A stretch of DNA of 64,000 bases, taken from Anaerolineae bacterium (lineage in GTDB: Bacteria; Chloroflexota; Anaerolineae; 4572-78; NAK82). Location: the NCBI GenBank assembly GCA_036172345.1, contig JASFBB010000180.1, forward strand, positions 13,946 to 77,945, given 5' to 3'. The notes under the pieces are model-generated. The model saw only the letters and a list, made by a program, of their open reading frames with translations, ran no database searches and had not been told where the DNA came from. The position numbers and the translations under genes were made by a program. Each line of letters opens with the position of its first letter. Position 1 is the first letter of the stretch. Shown in pieces: positions 45,818 to 52,585 of this stretch.

Positions 45818-45842
45818 AGAAGAACAAATAGGAGACAGATGT

Positions 45843-46232
45843 ATGCCTTGGGGAGGAAGAGGTTTTGGGCGCCGCAAGCGCATCATCAGCTTTCTGCAGC
45901 CATGTTTGCTGGTGTTATTGCGACGTGACCAGGCGCACGGCTACAGCCTATTAAGTGACTTGGCTGAGTTCGGTTTCGACCCAGAATTTCTGGATCCCAG
46001 CCTGGTGTACCGGGCGCTGCGCGAAATGGAGATGACGGGCTTGGTGACCTCGGAATGGTCGGACGAGAGCTTGGGGCCGCGACGACGCGTCTACCGTGTC
46101 ACCCCGGTCGGCGAGCAATATCTGGCCCAATGGATTGCCGATCTGCGCCAGACGCGCCGCGAGATCGACGCTTTGCTGGCAGCTTATGATGCGACACCCC
46201 GTCCGGGAAGCTCACAGGAGGAGAATGAGTGA
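45843..46232 (+). CDS. PadR-family transcriptional regulator
   Basis: 129 aa. CLLVLLRRDQAHGYSLLSDLAEFGF...LVYRALREMEMTGLVTSEW...RRRVYRVTPVGEQYL is the PadR winged-helix pattern. Confidence 0.85.
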   Translation: MPWGGRGFGRRKRIISFLQPCLLVLLRRDQAHGYSLLSDLAEFGFDPEFLDPSLVYRALREMEMTGLVTSEWSDESLGPRRRVYRVTPVGEQYLAQWIADLRQTRREIDALLAAYDATPRPGSSQEENE

Positions 46233-46693
46233 TCCAGATCGACGAGCAGCTGTGCACCGGTTGTGGCACCTGCGTGGATGGATGCCCACAGGGGGCCATC
46301 TCGCTGGATGGTGGAGTGGCTGTGTGGTCAGCTGAGCGATGCAATGGCTGTGGCGTCTGTGTGGACGCTTGTCCGCAGAGGGCTATCCTGCTGGTGGAAA
46401 CGGTGGCGCCGGAAGCAGAAACAGTCATGAAACAGCCCGCGCTTCGTGCTCCCACTACGATGGTGACGGCACCGGCGGCTCCGTTAGCGGCGCCTCGCCC
46501 CACATCGCTCTGGCCGTTGATGGGCTCATTCCTGCGCTGGGCCGGTATGGAGCTGGCGCCGCGACTGGCCGACGTTGCGCTGAAGGTGTGGAGTCGTCGT
46601 ACGGCGGGTGGTAAGTTGTCCCGTGCCCAAGGGCGCGGCACCGTATTCACAGGCCGCCCGTGGCGCCACCGTCATCGCCAGAGAGGGCGCTAA
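46229..46693 (+). CDS. 2x[4Fe-4S] ferredoxin-domain protein with an Arg/Gly/His-rich C-terminal tail
   Basis: 154 aa. CTGCGTCVDGCP and CNGCGVCVDACP motifs, then ~95 aa ending GRGTVFTGRPWRHRHRQRGR. ATGA overlap with the PadR stop. Confidence 0.8.
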   Translation: MIQIDEQLCTGCGTCVDGCPQGAISLDGGVAVWSAERCNGCGVCVDACPQRAILLVETVAPEAETVMKQPALRAPTTMVTAPAAPLAAPRPTSLWPLMGSFLRWAGMELAPRLADVALKVWSRRTAGGKLSRAQGRGTVFTGRPWRHRHRQRGR

Positions 46694-46806
46694 TGGGACA
46701 GCCCATCGCCGGTTTCAGGTGTGTCACACGGGTGGGTCAAGGCGATGGAATAAGGGTGCCATTATGAAGGTTCATTTATCATCTTTAAGGAAAGGAGGTG
46801 AATGAG

Positions 46807-47151
46807 ATGCCACGTGGAGACCGCACGGGGCCATGGGGCGCAGGGCCTATGACAGGTCGGCGTGCCGGTTACTGCGCCGGTTACCCGGTGCCCGGCTATA
46901 TGAACCCAGTAGCTGGCTTCGGCCCGCGATGGGGTTACGGCTATGGCTTTGGTGGATGCGGCTGGCGCCACTGGTTCTACGCCACCGGACTGCCGGGCTG
47001 GGTGCGTTTCGGCGGCGCTTGGCCGGTGCCGCCCTACGCGCCGACGATGACGCGCGAACAGGAGCTGGAATGGCTTAAGGCGCACGTCGAGAACTTGCAA
47101 AAGGCGCTGGAACAGGCTAATGAGCGCATTGCCGAGCTGGAGCAAAAGTAA
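46807..47151 (+). CDS. DUF5320-like mini-protein (Gly-rich N-terminus, C-terminal coiled coil)
   Basis: ATG 8 nt after GGAGG. MPRGDRTGPWGAGPMTGRRAGYCAGYP... matches my recollection of the DUF5320 N-terminal motif (MPRGDGTGPxGxGPMTGRGxGxC). The C-terminus EQELEWLKAHVENLQKALEQANERIAELEQK is a predicted coiled coil. Confidence 0.7.
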   Translation: MPRGDRTGPWGAGPMTGRRAGYCAGYPVPGYMNPVAGFGPRWGYGYGFGGCGWRHWFYATGLPGWVRFGGAWPVPPYAPTMTREQELEWLKAHVENLQKALEQANERIAELEQK

Positions 47152-47162
47152 CCGGCCATTGT

Positions 47163-47194
47163 GGTGTGGGCGGTGTGTATTCGCTGCCCACACC
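47163..47194 (+). other. Intra-operon stem-loop between the DUF5320-like and first NifX-like genes
   Basis: GGTGTGGGC (47163-47171) pairs with GCCCACACC (47186-47194), a 9-bp stem with a 14-nt loop. No T-run follows. Confidence 0.3.
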
Positions 47195-47237
47195 ATCACC
47201 TTCATTAACATTTGAGATTCGGAGGTAACAAGTAACG

Positions 47238-47615
47238 ATGCGTATTGCCATTGCGGCGGAGAACGATAATGGGCTAGACAGTCCGGTCAGCCCTCATTTT
47301 GGTCATGCCGCTTATTTTGTGCTGGTGGATACAGAAGGTAGCAAGATCAAGTCGGTCAGCACTGTCGCCAACCCCTTCTGTGGCAGCCGCGGCTGTGGTG
47401 CGGTGGGGAAGTTTGTTGCCGAACAGGGTGCCCAGGTAATGTTGGTGGGCGGTATGGGTCGGCGTGCTATGCAAGCGCTTCAAAACATGGGTATTGAAGC
47501 GGCCACCGGCGCGGCTGGGAACGTGCGTGAGGCAGTGCAGCAGTACCTCAACGGGGGGCTGCGGGGTGCAACGCCTTGTTTAGAAGAGGGATCTCATGGC
47601 GGATGCCATGCCTGA
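47238..47615 (+). CDS. NifX/NifB-like (dinitrogenase FeMo-cofactor-binding domain family) protein, copy 1
   Basis: 125 aa. MRIAIAAENDNGLDSPVSPHFGHAAYFVLVD...VMLVGGMGRRAMQALQNMGIE is the typical Nitro_FeMo-Co domain pattern. Confidence 0.8.
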   Translation: MRIAIAAENDNGLDSPVSPHFGHAAYFVLVDTEGSKIKSVSTVANPFCGSRGCGAVGKFVAEQGAQVMLVGGMGRRAMQALQNMGIEAATGAAGNVREAVQQYLNGGLRGATPCLEEGSHGGCHA

Positions 47616-47653
47616 GATGGTCATAGCGGCAATTTACTTCAGGAGGTGAAGAT

Positions 47654-47857
47654 ATGGGACGTGGAGGTGGTAGCGGTCAAGGTGGTTATGGTCCGGGTGG
47701 CGGCCGTGGTCAAGGGCGCCGCGGCGGACCCAAAGCCGGTGGGCCAGGTGGCTACTGCGTTTGCCCCAAGTGCGGGCATCGCGTCGAACACCAGGTGGGA
47801 CAACCGTGCTACGAGTTGAAGTGTCCCAAGTGTGGGACGCAAATGGTCCGCGAGTAG
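47654..47857 (+). CDS. Gly-rich zinc-ribbon mini-protein (hypothetical)
   Basis: 67 aa. A 33-aa G/R-rich tract, then YCVCPKCGHRVEHQVGQPCYELKCPKCGTQMVRE (CxCxxC...C...CxxC). RBS GGAGGTG 6 nt upstream. Confidence 0.7.
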   Translation: MGRGGGSGQGGYGPGGGRGQGRRGGPKAGGPGGYCVCPKCGHRVEHQVGQPCYELKCPKCGTQMVRE

Positions 47858-47894
47858 CAACCGACAAATCACAAGCAAAACATCGAGGGAACCC

Positions 47895-48281
47895 ATGCGA
47901 ATAGCAATCACTAGTAGTGGAGCTGACTTGGAAGCGCCGTTCGACCCGCGCTTTGGGCGGGCAGCCTATTTCATCATTTTTGACCAAGAGACGGGCACGT
48001 GGCAGTCCCACGCAAATCCGGCAATGGACGCACCTGGTGGCGCCGGAGTGCAAGCGGCTCAGTTCATAGCCAACCAGGGTGTTGCTGCGGTTATCAGCGG
48101 CGACTTTGGTCCGAACGCCTACCGTGCCCTTAGCGCGGCCGGACTGGCGATGTACCTGTCGCCCCGTGGTGAGATACCTTCCGTGCGCCAACTGCTGGAG
48201 CAGTATCGTGCCGGCAATCTGGAGCTGGTGGTGAGTCCTGCTCAGCGCGGGCGTCATAGCTCGACGATGGAAAACCGGTAA
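47895..48281 (+). CDS. NifX/NifB-like (FeMo-cofactor-binding domain family) protein, copy 2
   Basis: Internal ATG. MRIAITSSGADLEAPFDPRFGRAAYFIIFD...VAAVISGDFGPNAYRALSAAGL. The ORF-track N-terminal extension overlaps the zinc-ribbon gene. Confidence 0.8.
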   Translation: MRIAITSSGADLEAPFDPRFGRAAYFIIFDQETGTWQSHANPAMDAPGGAGVQAAQFIANQGVAAVISGDFGPNAYRALSAAGLAMYLSPRGEIPSVRQLLEQYRAGNLELVVSPAQRGRHSSTMENR

Positions 48282-49168
48282 TGCGTATCGCAGTCGCCAG
48301 CGGCAAGGGGGGCACGGGCAAGACCACTGTCGCCACCAGCCTGGCACTGGCGGTGGCTGACAGGTCGGTACTATTTCTGGACTGCGATGTGGAGGCACCC
48401 AACGCGCACCTGATACTGAAACCCGATCTCGTCCTGCGTCAACCCGTGCACCGCCTCGTCCCGCGCGTGGACGAAGTGCGGTGCACGGGTTGCGGTCGTT
48501 GTGCCGAGGTGTGTCGCTATCACGCCATAGCGGTGGTAGGCAGTAAGGTGCTGGTCTTCCCCGAACTATGTCACGGTTGCGGCAGCTGCGTAGCGAACTG
48601 CCCGGAGGCAGCGCTCAGCGAATGGGGGAGACCGCTGGGTGTGCTTGAGGCAGGTAGCACGCCGACGGGGATCACGTTCGCTCGTGGAGTGCTTGAGATC
48701 GGTGAACCAAGTGCATCACCAGTGATCCGGCAGCTGAAGAAGTGGGCGGTCACGCCAGAGGTATGTCCCCATGGATTCACATCGGAAGCGATTGAAATCC
48801 ACGATGCACCGCCTGGGACCTCCTGCCCGGTAGTCGAAACGCTGCGCGGGGTCGAGTTCGCGTTGCTAGTGAGCGAGCCGACCCCCTTCGGTTTGCATGA
48901 CCTGCGCCTGATCGTGGAGCTGGTCCGTGAGATGAACATCCCGGCCGGTGTTGTTGTTAACCGCGACATGGCAAGTGATGGAGCGTTGGAACGTTTCTGC
49001 ACAGATGCCAATTTGGCGATCTTAATGCGCATCCCCATGGAACGTGACATCGGCCAAGCGCTCGCTGCCGGGGAGTCGTTGATCGCAGTGCGACCTGAAT
49101 ATACAGTAGCGCTTCGCAACCTGTTTGAGCGTATCCAACAGATTGAGCCGAGGAGCATTTTGGTATGA
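48281..49168 (+). CDS. MinD/ParA-superfamily P-loop ATPase with an inserted 2x[4Fe-4S] ferredoxin domain, copy 1
   Basis: 295 aa. Deviant Walker A ASGKGGTGKTT; CTGCGRCAEVCRYHAI and CHGCGSCVANCP inserted after it; second half DAPPGTSCPV. TAATG overlap with the upstream gene. Confidence 0.85.
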   Translation: MRIAVASGKGGTGKTTVATSLALAVADRSVLFLDCDVEAPNAHLILKPDLVLRQPVHRLVPRVDEVRCTGCGRCAEVCRYHAIAVVGSKVLVFPELCHGCGSCVANCPEAALSEWGRPLGVLEAGSTPTGITFARGVLEIGEPSASPVIRQLKKWAVTPEVCPHGFTSEAIEIHDAPPGTSCPVVETLRGVEFALLVSEPTPFGLHDLRLIVELVREMNIPAGVVVNRDMASDGALERFCTDANLAILMRIPMERDIGQALAAGESLIAVRPEYTVALRNLFERIQQIEPRSILV

Positions 49169-50091
49169 AACAGGTGGTGATTCTCAGCGGCAAGGGTGGC
49201 ACCGGCAAGACGAGCTTGGTGGCTGCCTTTGCCCATCTGGCGACCACCGATCACCGCTCCGATGGCTCTTCAGCTAGGCAAATACGCCTTGTGCTGGTGG
49301 ACGCCGATGTGGACGCGTCCAATCTCGAGCTCGTTCTGCAACCCAAGCGATTGGAGGTACACGATTTTATCGGCAGTGAACTGGCAGTAGTCGATCCAAC
49401 TCTGTGTTCGGGCTGTGGCATATGCGAAACAACCTGTCGCTTTGATGCCATCTCGGTCCCTGCAACAGCCGAGGAGGTACACGCGGAGGTGGACGAATTT
49501 GCATGCGAGGGATGCGCGGCGTGCGCGTATGTCTGTCCTCAACAAGCGATCCAGATGCAGCCTCAAATAGCGGGGCAATGGTTTCGCTCGGCGACGCCAT
49601 ATGGGCCGCTGTTTCACGCCGCATTGCGACCTGGAGCGGAGAATTCCGGTAAGCTGGTCACTCTGGTGAAACAAATGGCACGTCTGCTCGCTTTGGATGC
49701 GCAATATCCGCTTGTGTTGGTAGATGGGCCACCAGGCATTGGCTGCCCGGTCATCAGTGCAGCCGCCGGTGCCGATTTGGCGTTGATCGTCGCTGAGCCG
49801 AGCGTGGCGGGTTTGCACGACTTGGAACGCGCCTGGAGTGTAGCCCATCATTTTGGCATCTCCACTGTTGTCGCTATCAATAAAGCGGACATCTATCCCC
49901 AGGGCACTCACCAGATCGAACGCTTTTGTCGGGAAAAGGGGATTCCACTTCTGGGAACAATCCCCTTTGACATGGCAGTGACCCATATGATGGCCAACGG
50001 GCGACCGGTGACAACTGTGAATTGCCCGGCATCTCAGGCGATCTCTGCAATTTGGGATCGGGTGTTGGACCAGCTAGGAAATCTAGAGTGA
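49165..50091 (+). CDS. MinD/ParA-superfamily P-loop ATPase with an inserted 2x[4Fe-4S] ferredoxin domain, copy 2
   Basis: 308 aa. LSGKGGTGKTS; CSGCGICETTCRFDAI and CEGCAACAYVCP; DGPPGIGCPV. ATGA overlap with copy 1. Confidence 0.85.
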   Translation: MKQVVILSGKGGTGKTSLVAAFAHLATTDHRSDGSSARQIRLVLVDADVDASNLELVLQPKRLEVHDFIGSELAVVDPTLCSGCGICETTCRFDAISVPATAEEVHAEVDEFACEGCAACAYVCPQQAIQMQPQIAGQWFRSATPYGPLFHAALRPGAENSGKLVTLVKQMARLLALDAQYPLVLVDGPPGIGCPVISAAAGADLALIVAEPSVAGLHDLERAWSVAHHFGISTVVAINKADIYPQGTHQIERFCREKGIPLLGTIPFDMAVTHMMANGRPVTTVNCPASQAISAIWDRVLDQLGNLE

Positions 50092-50360
50092 TGCAAAGCA
50101 CACACCTGGCATGGGTTGGTACTCCCGTTGTAGTAGGCGTATTCATAAAATGGAGAAAATGGGGGGTCCTTAGCAGGAGAAAGAAGGTCTGGTCACTAAT
50201 TGAAGACTTGATGGCACGAGGACAGATCGTCGCGGTGGATTATGCAGGCCATCGTTATTGCTTGAGAATCTCAGGCTGCTTAGGAGACAATCTGCTCATA
50301 TGGGAGGCGGCTGTGCTCAGCCGCACTCGCCTAGTACGATCGTGCACCCATGAAAAGTGA
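50091..50360 (+). CDS. Possible 89-aa coupling ORF (hypothetical)
   Basis: Internal ATG of ORF 50022-50360 overlaps the MinD copy 2 stop (TGATG). Its own TGA overlaps the next gene's start region (ATG at 50350). No recognisable family, and GC is visibly lower than in the neighbours, so it may be non-coding. Confidence 0.3.
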   Translation: MQSTHLAWVGTPVVVGVFIKWRKWGVLSRRKKVWSLIEDLMARGQIVAVDYAGHRYCLRISGCLGDNLLIWEAAVLSRTRLVRSCTHEK

Positions 50361-52464
50361 ACAGGGGTTTCTGAGAATTGAGCGATGGATTTGGCATTGC
50401 ATCGGTGCCATTCTCATATTGGTGGTGATCGGCGTTGGCATTGCTGTGACCCGCGGCGGTTTTGCTGTAATCACCCTCGACGCAGCGATTACCCCAATAG
50501 CATGTCCAACCGAAGATTACCCGCTGGCCGGGCTGCCGCAGCCGGCGGATATCGAGGCCGAGCGGCGCAACTATCCCGAAGCCACGGCGGCGATGTGGGC
50601 AGATGGTGCCCTGTGGACGGCGAACGAATCCGGGCTGCTCACGCGCTGGAATACAGCAGAGGGCTCCTATAAGCAGTATCGCATTCCGGATGGATCGGTG
50701 GTCCGTTCTCTAAGTGTGGCAGATGGCGGGTTGGTCGCCGGCGCCGACGATGGTTTCCTCTGGCTGCTGGCTTCGGACGGCTGGCGATCGGTGCGCGCCT
50801 GCGCCGACGCAGCGGTGACTTCTATTGCCTCGGGACCGAGTGACACACTCTGGTGTGCCTGTCCCGGCGAAGGTCTGGTGAAGGTGACTGCCGCGCAGAG
50901 CGCGGCGAGGCGACAAGTCATTTCCGTCCCGGACAAAGTCCACGACGCAATCCAAGCTATCCGTGTGGTGGCATATGATCCCATACAGGCGGCGGTGTGG
51001 ATCACGACGCACTCGGGCGATCTATTGCGTTACGATGCGCATCGTCAGCAATGGACGGAGTACCTGACGCTTCCGGGGCGCCCGGCAATGCAAGCGTTGT
51101 TGGTCGAACCGAACGACTCTGTGTGGGTGGCAACTTCTAGTGGCTTACATGCCTACCGAGATGGAGCGGTGCACTCCTGCCCGGCAAGCCTCGACGGATC
51201 AGCGCGTTCGCTGGCGCGCGCCACCGACGGTGCTGTATGGGCCGCGGGCGACAGTTGGATTGCCCGCCTCAGCGACTGCAGCACATCCTCTTCGATGTAC
51301 ACCGATGCGGACAACCCGGTCCTGCTCGACCGTCACCGCCTGGTCGTGCTGGATGAAGCCGGCCGGCCGTGGTTCATTGGGCGGCGGGGCAAGATCCACT
51401 TTGATGGAGCTTCTTGGATCGCAATCGATGCCGACGTGCGGCGCCAGGCCCAGTTTGCACCCGTTGAGCCTGAACCCGAGGTCACGTCACCGCCGCGTTC
51501 GTTTCCCTCGCCTTGGGCATCCTACGCCGATTGGCTGCGGACATGGCCGCGGCCATCTACAGACAACGGCCGCGGGATGCACTTCTTGCAGACGCACCAG
51601 TATGATGCCATTGAGGCGCAACACCAGATCAATCGGCTCGTTCGGCTCGGCGTGAAGTGGGCGACAGTGATCTATCGCGACCATGCCCAATTGCAGCGCA
51701 CGGCGCCACTCTTCCACGCTGCCGGCATTACTGTCATCTGGCGGCCATTCGTCCGACCATATCAGTCCTACGTCAGTTGGGCCGAGGATGTGGCATTTCT
51801 ACGTCGGCGCGGGATTGCCCCCTATATGCAGCTGTACAACGAGCCCGAGCTGGAGCAGGAATGGGATGGCGTATGTCCCGTGAACCGGGAAGTTTACCTG
51901 CGCATGCTGTTGCCTGCAGTACGACAAGTCTACGACGCGGGTGGTTATGTCGGCTTGCAATTGATGACCCCGGAGTGGCTGCATGCCACACTGCGCGCGA
52001 TAAAAGCAGCAGGAATGCGTGATGTCCTCGATCGCACGTTCTTTATACCCCATTTGCACGGGCTAAACCATCCCCCCAACTACACGGAAGATATCCACGG
52101 TGTGCTCGGCTTCCGCGAATTCGCCCGAGTGTTTGCCGAAGAGCTGGGTTTTGTGCCCGTGATGATCGCCGGTGAGGGTGGCTGGCGTCTGGGTGAACAA
52201 CAGGATGATCGTTTCCCGGCCATCACCGAAGCACTGCATCGGGATTACCATCTGGAGGTGTTCAGCTGGTTCCGCACAGGGCGTCTTTCCGATGGTGAGC
52301 CGCTACCTGACTATCTGTTTGCCTTCTGTCCCTGGTTGATCTCTGATCCGGTTGATCCGGCAGCTTGGTTTGACAGCGTATCTGGTGATCGGACGCTCAC
52401 GATCGAAGCGGTGGCTTCATCGCCCACCTTTGAGCGAAGATTCTCGGGGGACGAACGAGACTGA
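50350..52464 (+). CDS. Membrane-anchored protein: N-terminal TM helix, beta-propeller-like repeats, C-terminal clan GH-A-like TIM-barrel domain
   Basis: 704 aa. TM segment IWHCIGAILILVVIGVGIAV. Repeated motifs (DGALWTANESGLLTRW, DGGLVAGADDGFLWLL, VWITTHSGDLLRY, VWVATSSGLHAY, AVWAAGDSWIARL). C-terminal MQLYNEPELEQEW (NEP acid/base-like) and MIAGEGGW (nucleophile-like). Confidence 0.65.
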   Translation: MKSEQGFLRIERWIWHCIGAILILVVIGVGIAVTRGGFAVITLDAAITPIACPTEDYPLAGLPQPADIEAERRNYPEATAAMWADGALWTANESGLLTRWNTAEGSYKQYRIPDGSVVRSLSVADGGLVAGADDGFLWLLASDGWRSVRACADAAVTSIASGPSDTLWCACPGEGLVKVTAAQSAARRQVISVPDKVHDAIQAIRVVAYDPIQAAVWITTHSGDLLRYDAHRQQWTEYLTLPGRPAMQALLVEPNDSVWVATSSGLHAYRDGAVHSCPASLDGSARSLARATDGAVWAAGDSWIARLSDCSTSSSMYTDADNPVLLDRHRLVVLDEAGRPWFIGRRGKIHFDGASWIAIDADVRRQAQFAPVEPEPEVTSPPRSFPSPWASYADWLRTWPRPSTDNGRGMHFLQTHQYDAIEAQHQINRLVRLGVKWATVIYRDHAQLQRTAPLFHAAGITVIWRPFVRPYQSYVSWAEDVAFLRRRGIAPYMQLYNEPELEQEWDGVCPVNREVYLRMLLPAVRQVYDAGGYVGLQLMTPEWLHATLRAIKAAGMRDVLDRTFFIPHLHGLNHPPNYTEDIHGVLGFREFARVFAEELGFVPVMIAGEGGWRLGEQQDDRFPAITEALHRDYHLEVFSWFRTGRLSDGEPLPDYLFAFCPWLISDPVDPAAWFDSVSGDRTLTIEAVASSPTFERRFSGDERD

Positions 52465-52585
52465 ATTGGTACGCGTGACTCAATCCCTTACATCTACGCG
52501 AAGAAATTTATGCCTCTACCACCTATCTTCTTACCTTGCCCAATAGCGTCCATTAGGCAGATCGGGCTGGACAATTGAGCCCATT

